A stretch of 63,075 nt of DNA, filler included, from Globobulimina sp. (GCA_003354225.1; 36 parts of 36 records of this genome joined end to end with filler, not necessarily neighbours in it); one strand, 5' to 3'; shown: positions 31,976 through 45,535, counted from the first letter of the whole stretch. Notes: a model not told the origin generated them from the sequence alone. Numbers and translations are program-made.

Positions 31976-33255
31976 TCATTCTTGCAATAATGTTAACATT
32001 ATCAATTCGGAAGCATCCACTTGATGCATATTAATATTTGTATCATTATTTTGAATATCAATATCCATATTAACTTGTCTTTTTTCCTTTTCTTTCTTAT
32101 TCATTCTAAACTTTTTATTTGCTAATAACAATAACCCAGTCCCAAATATATAGACATGGAAAAATAACCCAATTAACATTTCAACACAAACAGCCAGTGT
32201 AGCATAGGATGTTTTTGGTTTAATATTCAAGCCCGAACCGCATAATGTCATCATTGCAAATGAAAAATATAAAAATGTTGCCCACATTCCAATATATGTG
32301 TCTTCGCCCGTTACAAAAGCACCGTCATTGTATCCATTCCCTGACACTTGTAAATCTACAAAAACTCCGGTAAATATCAGCATTGTTGAGAGATAAGTTT
32401 GACATAAAAATGACAGCTTCAATTCTGTCATATGTCCGATATGCAAAAATTTCAATGATGTCATGAGAACCACACAAATATTCAATACATCAAATATTAT
32501 ATACATCACTGAATGCAATGTATTGTATTTATCAGCAAATGAAGTATCTGTTGTTACCCATTCAACCACATTCTTTGACACCTATTTTGACAAAAAAACA
32601 CATTTTGTTGGATATTTGTCGGGGAAAATGGTACCTGAATGACCACAACAAATAAAAATAAATATTTCCTGATTGTTCTACGCAATGCAATTATTTTGCT
32701 GTTATGTGTCAATGAACGCCAACAAGTTTCCCGCAACACCACCGACACCGCATGACTTTCATTGCGTTTTTCGAGATCTTGACCAACCCTCGAAATGCCA
32801 ATGGATATTATAATGATACTAAAAAAAACACCGAATAGCATCTGTATGGCAGCCAATATTTGTGTTGGTGGCGTTTTTGGAATAATCTCAGAAACACCGC
32901 ATAATGTTTGCTGCGAGCAACTAAAATAAAAGAATGCTATGATTCTCTCCACAAAATTACTGTTTCGAAATTCTGTTTCACGCAAATTGAATGCTTCGAA
33001 TGTTCCCAATAATTTCTTATTGTCATTGTCATAGAAATGAGCTGTATATTGGTTGAAAAATATTGATTTTAACATTTAATATCAACAAATATAAAATAAA
33101 AAACCTGTGGCATAAACACCGGTGAATATAATAATTGAGGTCATATAAAGTTGCATAATTTCATAAAAAGTGAGTTGCCATAATCTCTTCATACATATCA
33201 ATATGAGTTGTATCATTATTGTTAATTGAATCCAGCTCATAAAATCAATCAAAGT
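31976..33255 (-). CDS. K+-channel-like protein with two tandem pore (Ion_trans_2) modules and atypical filters (5' truncated)
   Basis: FFYFSCSQQTLCGVSEIIPKT..AIQMLFG and FLYFSFAMMTLCGSGLNIKPKT..CVEMLIG; introns ~32582-32634 and ~33042-33104. Confidence 0.8.
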
Positions 33256-33406
33256 NNNNNNNNNNNNNNNNNNNNNNNNNNNNNNNNNNNNNNNNNNNNT
33301 TAATTAATTAANNNNNNNNNNNNNNNNNNNNNNNNNNNNNNNNNNNNNNNNNNNNCGATTGTCTGACGAGACATTGTTAGTGTTTTAAAAATCACAACTT
33401 ATATAA

Positions 33407-34008
33407 ATGAAGGTTTTAATTGTTAATGGCTACATACGACAAGTTCAAAAAGCAATAAAACAGAAAATAATCCCAATACCGATCAATCAAATTTGTTACA
33501 ATTATTATGGCGATTATTATAAAAATATTGTCGACACATTCAAAATAGCTCATAAAAATATTACAATAGCAAAGAATGGCAAAACTGTTACAAGCAAAGG
33601 TGGTGGCGGTTGGTATGTCTATTGCAATGTATTTGGGAGTATAGGAATGGAGGCGAGCAGCAAAAATAAATATAAATATAAATGGAAGTTGACATGTAAG
33701 CAAAGGAGTGATTCAATGTTTATTGGTATTCAATCAAACAGGAATGTTGATGCTAAGTGGAATATGGATATTCTTGTGTTGGTTATAAATACAATTTAGG
33801 TAAAAAGGAAAAATATGGAATTTTCTGGGGTACCGGCGATGTAATTGAAATGAGAGTTGATTTTGAAAAACAAGAAATGGGATATTCAGTAAATGGAATC
33901 GATCAAGGAATTGCTTTTAGGAATCTACAGTTGGAAAAAACATATTATTTGGTTGTTGGAATGGATACATATTTTAAAAGACAGAATATTTTTTTAAATG
34001 ATTTTTAA
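33407..34008 (+). pseudogene. SPRY/B30.2-like protein with N-terminal LIVxGYIR motif, frameshifted near 33760
   Basis: YKWKLTC..MFIGIQS in one frame, WGTGDVIEMRVDFEKQEMGYSVNGIDQGIAFRNL in the next. Confidence 0.7.
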
Positions 34009-34062
34009 TGAAATCTCACTTCGTGAAAATCTTAAAATCAGTGTTCTATTTAGTTTGAGAAC

Positions 34063-35010
34063 ATGAAACGTAAAACACCACCAACGCCTTCACCACAAAG
34101 ATCAAAACGACGTAGGTTATCACCCTCGTCTGCAGAAAATGAGTTTGATGAATCAGAAGCAATAATATCGCCATTAATAGATATATCAACAAGAATCAAT
34201 AAAATCTCACCACGACCAACCGTATTACTCGCAAAACAATTACAATCACAACGTATTATGAGCGAAAATAAAAAAAAGAAAATAAATTTAACAGATGACG
34301 AAAGTAATATAATTCACGAGGAGCCACACGAAGAAGAGCAACAACACGATTTCGACGACGCGTCGACAGAAATTGCCCGCGGGAAACACACCCAAATCAC
34401 CAATGAATGTGATATGGATTTAGATGAAGATCCATTTGCAATCACCACTGATTCTGATATGTTCAAAGCAAAAAATACAAATAAAAATCAAGAAGACGAA
34501 TTTCAAACTGTTCCAGGTTGAGATTTGAAAAAAAAACATTTCTGCTTTTTTTTGTTGTTTGTAAATAACAAATTCTTTTGCATAGAAGCGAGAAACAAAG
34601 AGAGTGAAAGTGAAATGTATTTGGATCTGGATCAAGAATTAGAAATATCTGAAATGTTATTATCGCAACAGCAAAAACAAGACATTGCAGTGGAATATAA
34701 TGATAACGAAAGCATGAATATGTCGTTGCAGATTCAAATCGAACGTGACAGAAATCTGAATATTCCCATTACAAATCCAGCCGATGTCATTGAGCGAAGT
34801 ATGGCCATTGAAGAGGACGAGAAAGCATTGGAATTAAATGAGAACACAGAAAGCATTGCACCTATGACCCAGAAGAAATATTCTGTGGGGACAAGGAAAC
34901 AAAAACAAGCAAACACCGCCAATGTGTTGACACCAATCACAATGCGTTTGCATGAAACATTAAATCGACGCATCGCACCGACCACGAAAAGTAGAAGAAA
35001 AAAAAGAGAA
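34063..35010 (+). CDS. Low-complexity nuclear-type protein N-terminus (two exons, truncated)
   Basis: MKRKTPP..RSKRRRL NLS-like start; intron ~34518-34585. Confidence 0.6.
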
Positions 35011-35172
35011 NNNNNNNNNNNNNNNNNNNNNNNNNNNNNNNNNNNNNNNNNNNNTTAATTAATTAANNNNNNNNNNNNNNNNNNNNNNNNNNNNNNNNNN
35101 NNNNNNNNNNGACAAACAACAAACGTAACAAATGATAATACAAATATTTGCGAATTACCTATTGATGAATTA

Positions 35173-36174
35173 ATGCATAAAGGTCATACAGGAAGGACAC
35201 ATAAAATGGATACGCATAATTTGTTAGTTCCAATGCCGACAATGCAGACAATGACAGCACCACAATATAAAGAATGTAAATCTTTATATCTGCGAAATAT
35301 GAGAAATATGAGAAATGATAATAGGAATAATAATAATTGGGGTCAAAATGCATTTACATTTAGCGATATGAGTAAACCATTATTTTCAGGACCTGCCCGT
35401 GTACGGCAAAGAGCAGCATGGTTTCCATCCGGATCCTCCCGATTGTATGGGAATCGATTGCCGGAGAGAAGAAGATCAAGATTGGATTTGTATACTTATG
35501 ATAATAATAATAATTATAATAATAATGGTAGTGATGAAAGAATAAAGCTACGGAGATTACCCAAATCCAAATCCAAATCGGATGTAGACACAGATAGTTC
35601 TTCAGAGAGTGAGTATGTGGACACCGATGAGAGTGAGTCTGATTTTGTTAACAATGCGATTGATATTTGTAAGTGGGACAGTAATGACATTTATGAATGG
35701 ATTGTATCCATTGATAAGGAGAGATTTGGCAAATATAAAGATTTAAAAAAGACATTGTTGGATGAAGAATTGAGCGGTAATGATTTAATTGGTATTACGG
35801 AACAAAACTTAAAGGAATTTGGGATTACAAGATTCTCAGATAAGAAATTATTATTTAATAAGATACAAAGCATATTACCGAAAGATGTAAAGAATAATTC
35901 GAAGTCAAGAAAGAGTGAAAAGAAAGAGATTGAAGATGACGACATTCCGGATCAATTTTTAGATCCCATTAGCTATGAAATAATGGAAGATCCAGTGTTG
36001 TGCAGTAAGTCTGGCTATACGTACGAAAGGAAAATAATTGAACATTGGATAGAAACAAATGGCGCAGATCCTATGACCAGACAAAAAATTAAAAAAAAAC
36101 ATTTAACTTCAAATCGTGGATTAAAAGAATTAATTCAAGAATGGAAAAAAGCAAATAAAATAAAAGACAAATAA
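35173..36174 (+). CDS. SAM + U-box protein (putative E3 ligase)
   Basis: WDSNDIYEWI..EELSGNDLIGITEQNLKEFGI; IPDQFLDPISYEIMEDPVL..SGYTYERKIIEHWI..DPMTRQ. Confidence 0.92.
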   Translation: MHKGHTGRTHKMDTHNLLVPMPTMQTMTAPQYKECKSLYLRNMRNMRNDNRNNNNWGQNAFTFSDMSKPLFSGPARVRQRAAWFPSGSSRLYGNRLPERRRSRLDLYTYDNNNNYNNNGSDERIKLRRLPKSKSKSDVDTDSSSESEYVDTDESESDFVNNAIDICKWDSNDIYEWIVSIDKERFGKYKDLKKTLLDEELSGNDLIGITEQNLKEFGITRFSDKKLLFNKIQSILPKDVKNNSKSRKSEKKEIEDDDIPDQFLDPISYEIMEDPVLCSKSGYTYERKIIEHWIETNGADPMTRQKIKKKHLTSNRGLKELIQEWKKANKIKDK

Positions 36175-36867
36175 AAATATTGTGTACGTAATTGTTGCCT
36201 TTTTTTTTGTGTTCCAATGGTGATCAAATGTTTTAAAATCTATATTTTAAATTGAATTTATTTTGTTTGTAGTGATACAAATTGTAAACAAGTAACAAAA
36301 CAACCCCTATATCCGGCATAAGAAGCAGTGATGGGAATTCAGAAAACTTTCACAGAACTGACATGAATGAAAATGAGCGATTTGTTATTCCAAAGATATT
36401 TTCCCAGTACACACACAGAGTTTTTAAAATATTCAATGTCAGCAGTGCACAGCTGGATATATCTGGTGTTGAAACATTCGTCAATCTTCATCATCGTTTG
36501 ATCGTTTGAAGAAAAAGAAAATGTTTTTAAGTGTGGTGAGAATAAAAATTTTGTTCAGTAATACAAGTCAATGCATTCTGTTAGAATGTATCCATTGCAG
36601 CAAAATCAACCAGCATCATCAAATGCATATGTATATCGAGATAATACTTCAAGTTCTACTGGTTTTGACTCAGATCCTTCGCTGATTGGATTTTCCCAAA
36701 CGTATTCAGTTAACAAATTTAGCAATTGCTCGGATTTAATATTATCTGTAATATTGCCCCCAAATNNNNNNNNNNNNNNNNNNNNNNNNNNNNNNNNNNN
36801 NNNNNNNNNTTAATTAATTAANNNNNNNNNNNNNNNNNNNNNNNNNNNNNNNNNNNNNNNNNNNNTT

Positions 36868-37044
36868 GCGAGAGGCACAAAGAGATTGTTTGCTGGGTAT
36901 ATACCAGGCGCGACGAGGTTGATTATTACAAGTGGCATTATGGGTGAATTGTTGCCACGGCTGAAAGGGTGGGCAAACACGATGAAGGGTGGTATTGATA
37001 CAGTACAAAATAAAAACAAGAAAGAGAAAAAGGATAAGAAATAA
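36868..37044 (+). CDS. Mitochondrial carrier-like C-terminal fragment
   Basis: ARGTKRLFAGYIPGATRLIITSGI..stop resembles the G..LF.G..P...R carrier repeat. Confidence 0.45.
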   Translation, partial: ARGTKRLFAGYIPGATRLIITSGIMGELLPRLKGWANTMKGGIDTVQNKNKKEKKDKK

Positions 37045-37405
37045 TTCAAGTTATAAATGAAAAAATAGGTTTGGAACGATTTATTGTAGATTATGTTTGT
37101 GTGTTGTTTTATTTAAAATTGATGCTCTTAAAATAAAAACAAAAAACGTTGCTATATTATACGGAGTGTAGGATTTACTTTTATCAATATCCTCTCAACT
37201 AGACATTATAAAACATTGCGATTTAAACGTCGAATTCCGAATTTCCGATAGATAACCTCCGATTACAGAGGATCTTATGATAATATATGTGATTTATTTG
37301 CTGATGATGTTAATAGAATAATTATGATAACTACAATGATACCGAATATTTCCCTTTCATTTCCTACAAAGGTATACATTTTTTACTACCGAACTCTTTG
37401 AAATC

Positions 37406-38371
37406 ATGTCTGCTAAAGTAGCTTTAATATGTATCATTCAGTTTATAGCAACTTCGTATAGTCACAAGAAGGATTATTACTGTGTATTCAGTGCTGAACG
37501 TGCGCATTTGAACGGCTTTTACCAACGCGTTGACAACTACGGGTACATGTATCAACACATACATACTGCATTGTCCCGGCAATTGAGATTCTCAACACCA
37601 AAGCCTACAAGTGATGCAACCGCATCTTACAATTGGTCAATTATTTGCAAAGGCGATGTCCAGCATAGTGGCATAACAAAAGAGTCGCGCGATATTATTA
37701 TGCCTGGTGTTATCGTCAAATATGTTGAGATTCCTAAAGGTGATTTACCAACAATCATTATGAAAATAAGTGGGGCCTTTACGGAAATTATATACGTACA
37801 CTTGCGAGATGAGGATTATACGCAGCTAACACAGCATGAGTCAGCATTGCAAAAAGAGTTAGTAAATTCAACTGCAATTATTGACGATTTATCCAAACTA
37901 AATCAAGCATTAAAGACAACTTTAACAAAATACAAACAAGATTTGCAAGATTCGAGTGCCATTATTAATGAGTTACAATTAAATCTGGCACGCTACTCAA
38001 CAATGTACATTGTAATAATTGTGATTGTTAGTTTTATTTGCATGCTGAGCACAATTATGTGGTATCGGAATACGCACAATGCGAAGATTTATCATTTACA
38101 ACAAATGCGTAGATGCGTTAATCACAGGATACCATCGCCACAAAATATTGTCAAAGCAAAGGGAAAAGTTAAGAATGAGGGTAATGAAACTATGGGTCAT
38201 TGGCAACCTGAAAAATTCAGTGATATGTTGGGTAATTCGCAAGTGGTTCAAGATATGATTGTAAATGATATTGTCAATGATATGCAAACAGAAGGACACA
38301 ACAATGACAATATACCAGACTCCATCGATAAAGTTCTTGATGGCGTTGAACAGGAAACCACAATAAGTTAA
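37406..38371 (+). CDS. Single-pass membrane protein with signal peptide and juxtamembrane coiled coil
   Basis: 321-aa ATG ORF; hydrophobic N-terminus; TM YIVIIVIVSFICMLSTIMWY. Confidence 0.75.
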   Translation: MSAKVALICIIQFIATSYSHKKDYYCVFSAERAHLNGFYQRVDNYGYMYQHIHTALSRQLRFSTPKPTSDATASYNWSIICKGDVQHSGITKESRDIIMPGVIVKYVEIPKGDLPTIIMKISGAFTEIIYVHLRDEDYTQLTQHESALQKELVNSTAIIDDLSKLNQALKTTLTKYKQDLQDSSAIINELQLNLARYSTMYIVIIVIVSFICMLSTIMWYRNTHNAKIYHLQQMRRCVNHRIPSPQNIVKAKGKVKNEGNETMGHWQPEKFSDMLGNSQVVQDMIVNDIVNDMQTEGHNNDNIPDSIDKVLDGVEQETTIS

Positions 38372-38710
38372 TAAGTAAATACTCAGAGCAAATTATGTTT
38401 GCATGTTTGAGCATTTTTGTAAAAATACAGTTTCAAAAAGAATATCAATGAGAATGCGTTGTCGTATCTGATTTTATCGGGTTTATGCTTCACTAATTAT
38501 AAATTCTTATTTCTTAAACNNNNNNNNNNNNNNNNNNNNNNNNNNNNNNNNNNNNNNNNNNNNTTAATTAATTAANNNNNNNNNNNNNNNNNNNNNNNNN
38601 NNNNNNNNNNNNNNNNNNNAACCCGTAGACAGTTAACGCCGTACCGAAACATAGCCAAATCTAAAAATAACATATCATTCACCACCACCTTATTTGATAA
38701 GAATAACAAC

Positions 38711-39913
38711 GTGGTCAAAACCACAATTTGCACAAATAACAATAAGAATTATGAGATTATTACCCCGTCCAACATCCCTCCGGCAATCCCCATGCCAACC
38801 TTTGTACCATTACCAGTCACAAAAGTTGCAATTGCAGCCACACCAAAACCAAAACCAATCAAAGCAATGGCAACCAAACAGGGCCAGGCGCCGACATCGA
38901 CAGTGCTGCCTATGGTAAAAAGCAAGGCCTGTAAATTGCCCATAGATGCACTCGATTGGCGTTGTGGGATTTGTACCTTTGATAATAAGGATAATGCGAC
39001 CTTAATATGTCAAATGTGTGCAAAAACCAATCAGTGTAAAGTGGCCATTCCAGGCAGCAAAGTAAAAACAGCGCTAACTCCAAAGATTGCCTCCAATACT
39101 AAATCAATGATCCAAAGGCCCAGAGCGAGGAGTGTGCCATTTAAACCTCTCCACATTGCGAGTGTACCTATTTGTGCTTCGCCAGTGGCGGTGAAGAAGA
39201 ATACGGCATCAATGGATTGGGTGTGGTCGCAAAGAGATGAAGCCATACAAGAAAGGCAAGCTGCATCCACACAAATGAAGGTGGCACCGGTAAGCACTCC
39301 GAAAATTGTATTAACTGCAAAGCCCATCACACCAAAAGAGACAGCGCAAAAAGCAGTGGTTACTCAACAGACAGCGCAAAATGTCAAACCCACTCCGGTC
39401 AAAATGCAACCGCCAATTATAAAGAAAGGCATATTGAAAGTCAAGGCACCTCAAAAATCGATATCGACGCAGAAAACACCGATAAAAGTTACGCAAAAAC
39501 CAAGGCAGAAGGCACTGACAAAAGCTATGCAAAACCCAATAAAGAAACAGATAACAAAAGCGATACAATCACGGATACAATGCCCGGTGCAGAAGGTGGT
39601 GCTGCTTGCTCCGTTGCGAGAGTGTTGGAAATTGGATATCAAAGGAAAGGTAAATGGGAAATCATTGGAATTGTTTGTAAAGGAAACGGATGGATTTATA
39701 AAAAGTACGGATAGAGATTTAAAATGTGAATGTGCGGCAGCAAGAATAGAATATATTAATCCCTATGTGTTTGATAAGAATGATGGTATTTATACGTTTG
39801 ACATTGCAGAGGATTTTGAATGGACAAAAAGAATTTGCACTCAATACAATATTGCATGGCCAAACAACTTTGACATGAATGCGTTTTCAAATTGTGTCAA
39901 TTCATTGATCTGA
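38711..39913 (+). CDS. RanBP2-type zinc finger protein with K/T/P-rich linker
   Basis: WRCGICTFDNKDNATLICQMC fits W-x-C-x2-C-x3-N-x6/7-C-x2-C; start uncertain. Confidence 0.7.
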   Translation: MVKTTICTNNNKNYEIITPSNIPPAIPMPTFVPLPVTKVAIAATPKPKPIKAMATKQGQAPTSTVLPMVKSKACKLPIDALDWRCGICTFDNKDNATLICQMCAKTNQCKVAIPGSKVKTALTPKIASNTKSMIQRPRARSVPFKPLHIASVPICASPVAVKKNTASMDWVWSQRDEAIQERQAASTQMKVAPVSTPKIVLTAKPITPKETAQKAVVTQQTAQNVKPTPVKMQPPIIKKGILKVKAPQKSISTQKTPIKVTQKPRQKALTKAMQNPIKKQITKAIQSRIQCPVQKVVLLAPLRECWKLDIKGKVNGKSLELFVKETDGFIKSTDRDLKCECAAARIEYINPYVFDKNDGIYTFDIAEDFEWTKRICTQYNIAWPNNFDMNAFSNCVNSLI

Positions 39914-41353
39914 CGGCTACGTAGAAGTCCATCATATTTAATATTCGTTCTGTTGTTGTTGGTTATGACACCATACTCGCTTAATAGAAAATGGTTTAAT
40001 GGAATTCGTAAAAAAAAAAACTATTCATAGTCATAGATAACACGTACAAAATAGATAACACGTACAAACCATCCAAATTAACAGAATTCGTTTTTGTTTT
40101 GTTTACTTGAGTTCTTGATATAATTCGAAGGCCACAATTATCCATTAAATTTCTCAAGTTTTGCCTCTTTTGGCTACGGTCATAATAAATTGAATCAAAC
40201 GGTGGAATATTCAGTGCCGCTGCGTAAGGAACAGCCGCTTTGAACCTCTTGCCGATATAAATATAATATTGATNNNNNNNNNNNNNNNNNNNNNNNNNNN
40301 NNNNNNNNNNNNNNNNNTTAATTAATTAANNNNNNNNNNNNNNNNNNNNNNNNNNNNNNNNNNNNNNNNNNNNTGAGAGCACCAAAGATTTTATACAAAT
40401 GCCAGAGAATTACAAAACGGGAATGTTTTACAAACGGATCAAGATTAATAAATGTGGCGCGATGGACAAGTCATAATCAAACAGTTGGTACTTTTCGTGA
40501 AGTGCGTTTGATGAAATATGATACAATGAAAATGAGAGAGTTTTTACAGATTATTGGCGAACAAATTTATGATCGGATGGAGAAAAAGTTGAAATCGGGA
40601 ATATTGAAATCTGTCAACCCAAAGGATATATGATTACAAACAAGAAATATGAGTCATTTGTGTTTACAAATTTTTTAAGATATGACGCAAATCGTAGTGT
40701 TATAAGAGTTTCCAATGGTGATTATGTTCTGTATCAGTTGGTTTGACCATAAATTAATTATAAGGTGGTTGTCGTCCCATAAACACATTTGATAGAATCC
40801 TTTGTCATAACTGCAAAATTATTATGTTTTGTATTTGCGTATATCTCCCAATCTTTCCACAATATATTTTGAGTTGCACAATTTCATGATCGAATTCTTT
40901 GTCATAACTCCAAAAGTTGAAATCAGATAAGCACAATGAAAAACAGGGGTGCTTCAATGGCAGGATAATACAGTTTCAACATGCAAAAAGTGAACAGATA
41001 AATAGGTTATCAATCTGGCAAAGTAGTGATCAACTCCAAAGGTTGAAAGCCAATCACCAAAATTAAAATTAGGTCAATAGTTGTGACTGCAGTGTTTCAT
41101 TTGAAAGTTGTCTGATGGAGCTCCTCTTTTTTTGAATAGTCTCACTGCAGCCACGTTGTGGACATTAATCGATACGATTTTTGGACGTCGCAATCGGATT
41201 ACAACTTTTGGGTTGGTCGAAATCATTTAATTTATTTATTAAATGAATAGAGTTTAATTTGAACCAGATAAAAATATATAAAACAAAACCAAAGCAAAAA
41301 CGTTAAACTTATAACATGCTATGGTTTACAATCTCAATTCACATCATCACTCA

Positions 41354-41915
41354 TTATTCTTTTGTTACTATTTCGATATCGTCTTCAAAAGCGGCATCAA
41401 TCTGTTTGCTTCCTTTTAAGTCGATAAATAATTGGATAACTTCTTGAAACTCTTTTTTATGTTTAAACCTTGAATATGAATAACTTAAATATCTCAACAT
41501 TTCCTCTTTTGCTTTTTTAAATAGTAACAATAAATCCGTTAAACGTATGTCTTTATTACAAATTAAGTTCTTTTTATTTCCTAAAATGCGAATAATTTTG
41601 TATCTGTTTTTATATGACAAATTAATTTCAAATTCTCCACCAATACAAATATATTTATTATATAATTTATGTGCTCTCGATTTTGCATCAATTAGCATTT
41701 TATTGTTGATCACAGAATTTGATACATTATAATCCAATGATGATATTTCTGTGTTCAATATAATTGATTGTGGAATATTTGAATGACGAATTACATTTTC
41801 AAAGCTTAAACGTTGTTCGCATTGTGTTGATGGTTCCTGCTGTTCGATCATATCGGAGATAAATTTCTCAAATTGACTGAATTCAATAAGCGATAATAAG
41901 CACTCTATGCTAAAT
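41354..41915 (-). CDS. RGS domain (last exon of a larger gene)
   Basis: FSIECLLSLIEF..AHKLYNKYICIGGEFEINLS..LFKKAKEEMLRYLSYSYSRF. Confidence 0.85.
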
Positions 41916-42224
41916 CTGTATTGTTATAGGTGTTACTAATTTGATTTTCGATACAAAAAGCAAACACATCACGAACAGAAAGATTTATTAACGAAACAGA
42001 GTGTAAATGTAATAAAACAGATAGATANNNNNNNNNNNNNNNNNNNNNNNNNNNNNNNNNNNNNNNNNNNNTTAATTAATTAANNNNNNNNNNNNNNNNN
42101 NNNNNNNNNNNNNNNNNNNNNNNNNNNTTATTAATTAATCCACGCTCTCAGCAAGCAATTGACTAGGTGCTTTTTGAAGTTTTAAGTATTAGTACTTAGA
42201 AAAAAGTTAGTTAGCAGGAGTCAA

Positions 42225-42430
42225 TTTGGTATATAAATATGGTTATATTATAGGTTAGGGGTTAATCCAATTGGTATAACAATATGGTTATATTATAGGT
42301 TAGGGGTTAATCCATTTGGTATATAAATTTGAATATATTATGTGTTGGTGGTTAACCCACTTGATATACAGTTGTGAATATACTGTGAGTTCTGGATTCA
42401 GTCATTGTGCAAGTAATATGAATATATAAT
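42225..42430 (+). repeat. 45-bp minisatellite, ~4.5 progressively diverging units
   Basis: TTGGTATATAAATATGGTTATATTATAGGTTAGGGGTTAATCCA units at ~42226, 42271, 42316, 42361. Confidence 0.75.
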
Positions 42431-42613
42431 ATGGATTTTTTTGTAGTCGAAGTATCTATTTAAAATAAAAAACGTTCACACCAAAAGATCAAAAAAAACG
42501 TCAATAATTCCAGGATTATGGTACTAAAATGTAAGGTTTTGTGCTTTTCTGTGTGTAAATATGTTATAGACTATAATAATATACTTAAATTACACAAAAA
42601 CATTTACATTTAT

Positions 42614-43781
42614 TTATTTATTATCTTGGATAATCATTTGAGCGCCCTTTTCCCCAATCATATAACACGGTGCTTGCGTATTGCCCGATGTTAAAGTCGG
42701 CATAATTGAGGCATCACAAACACGTAAATTATTAAAACCACGAACTTTTAATCTTTCATCACAAACAGCCATTTCATCGCGATTAATGTTGCCCATTTTA
42801 CACGTTCCAACTGGATGATAAACAGTCAATGCATATATTTGTAATCTTTTTAATACTGCATCTCGATCCCAATAATGTTTATCATCATCCTCATTTCCTA
42901 ACAATTTGCATCCTAAATCAGCATAAACATTATCATTTAAAATGTCTCGCAACAACAATATGCCATCAACATACATTTCTTTATCATATTCAGTTTGTAA
43001 ATATTCCATATTAATGATTGGATATTCCAATGCTTTATTATTCCTCAAAGTGACTGAACCCATACTCGAATTATGCAAAGTACAGACTAAACCAATCAAA
43101 CTGTGTAAATCTTCATTTGTTTTTGCTTCACCAAATATATCCAAATTATCCACAAGATGATATTTATATCGTTTCTTACTATTTTTTTCATCAGCTGCAG
43201 GACCAACAATTATTTGCAAATCATTCGTTTTTATTCCCATTTTCTTTCCGGTTTCTGATTTACAAAATAACTGAACATCTGCACATATGGTCGTTAACCA
43301 TCCAGTTCCATTTAAAAAATATTCAAACAGAGTTTTAAATTTTTTGCCTTCGTTTTCATCCAATAATGGCACACTCTCTGGCACTCTTAAATAGTTTTTA
43401 TGTAACAATACGTGAAAAAAACACAATTAAACAACAAACCTTAACCGCATGGTGCACATCATATGATCCTGTAAATTTTTACCGACACCAGGAACATCAG
43501 CAACGCATTGAATGTTTTTATCTTTTAACTCATTTTGTGGCCCAATGCCAGACAGTAATAAAATGTGAGGACTGCCAATAGAACCGGCACACACAATGAC
43601 CTCTGCATTACTTTTAATTACTTTTTTATTATTCTCATCCATTTTATATATGAATTCAACCCCGTCGGCTTTCAATTTGTTATCCTCTCCATCCACAGTC
43701 AATATTTTACAAACCTGTGCGTACGGCAATATATCGATATTATATTCACTTTTTTTAGAATAGCCGTTGAATTTAAATAAA
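42614..43781 (-). CDS. GMC oxidoreductase C-terminal half
   Basis: [60 protein letters not shown]; intron ~43390-43439. Confidence 0.93.
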
Positions 43782-43881
43782 NNNNNNNNNNNNNNNNNNN
43801 NNNNNNNNNNNNNNNNNNNNNNNNNTTAATTAATTAANNNNNNNNNNNNNNNNNNNNNNNNNNNNNNNNNNNNNNNNNNNN

Positions 43882-45535
43882 ACGAATTTTATCCAAACGA
43901 TTACAAGCATTCTGTGTTGAAAATAACATATTCAACAATGATTAACAGAACGATTAATGCAAGAATTAGTCGCTACCGCCAGATCTGATATTATTGATGA
44001 TATATATTTTGATAGAAACGATAAAGAGCATAAGTTCAGAGTGCGAGAAAACAGATTTGATAGATACAAATTCTGGGCACCAAAAACCGAATGCGGTATT
44101 ATATATCGAGATAACTTAGATATAACAAGATTGAATGACTTTATCCCTATTACACAATGTAGAGAATCAAATATTGCGATTTGCGGTATCTTAATACACA
44201 CCAAACATAAACCAATTGCTATATACTCATACTACAGACCCCCGAGATACGGAGATGGATCACAACTATTCCAATTTAAATATGAAGGAGAAAAAGTAAT
44301 ACTTGGAGGTGATCTAAATTTGCATCATGAAAACTGGGGAAGCAATCATCATAATAAGTCGTCAATCAAATTTACCGATTTATTATCCCAATCAGAATTC
44401 CAATGCATAAATACAAACTCACCGACCCGGTGCGATCCGACTAATCCCACTCATGAATCAAATATATACATTTCAATGGTATCAAACAATACAAAAACAA
44501 CCAATTGGCAATCTATAAATCACAGAAATAAAAAATTGTCAGATCACTATCTAATTAAATTTGATGTGGAGCTTGAACCGCAATTTGGCTTTAATTTCAA
44601 TCGAAAAGTTTGGAATTTAAACTCCAAAAAATGGAAAGAATACACAAAACAGTTACAAAAAAGCACAGTGAAACTGCAGGAATTCGTCAACCATAATAAA
44701 AAAGTACTAAATAAAAACCCGAATAATCATAAACTACATAGAAAAATCCTTAATGAATTAACAGGAAACATCTCCCAATCAATAATAAATACTGCAAACA
44801 GTACCATCGGCAAAAAATCATATTATAATGGATATAAACCATGGTGGAATAATAAAATAAGTAAATTACAAAAGAAAGCCCGTAAATGGGAAAATAAGAA
44901 AAATAAATTTAGAAATAAAATAAAAAATGCACCAAATAACTCAACACGAGAAAATATATTCAAATATGAATTTGAAAAAGCAAATAAAAATTATAAACGA
45001 TTACGAAACCAGAAACTTAGAGAGATTAAAAAAGCAAAATTAGCATATTACAAAAAGCTAAATCACCAAATCCAACACGCTAAATCTCACTCGCGTATAT
45101 TTTACAGAGCATTAAAACAGAAAAATTACAGAAATGCCAACATAATCCCTCCAATAATAAAAAATGATCAATTAGAAACTACAAATGACCCCATTGAACA
45201 AGCAACATTAATCCATCAACATATATGTAATCCACCTAAACCAACATTTTCCCCACAACACATTAACTACCATCATACAGTTAACCACAATGCTAATGCC
45301 ATAATCAATGACATAAATTCCAATCATCCAAACCTTACCCGAAACCCCAATGATTTGCTGAATTCTATAATCCAATTCTATGAAGTCCGGAACTGTGCGG
45401 CAGAGCTGGACACAGACAAAGCAATTGGCACTGACGACATCCATAATAAAATGTTAATATTTGGAAAGGCTCCGTTATTTAGGATCCTTACCCAACTTTT
45501 TAATCTTTGTTTGAAATACCATGTATTTCCAAAAC
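43882..45535 (+). mobile_element. Non-LTR retrotransposon ORF2 (APE endonuclease to start of RT), partial
   Basis: YSYYRPP, ILGGDLNLHH..WGS, SPTR, LSDHYLI, KPWWN, KAIGTDDIHNKML..LFNLCL..VFP in one open frame. Confidence 0.93.

Noticed and set aside
42265-42312. Telomere from GGTTAGGGG
   Set aside because: Only two isolated occurrences inside a 45-bp minisatellite.
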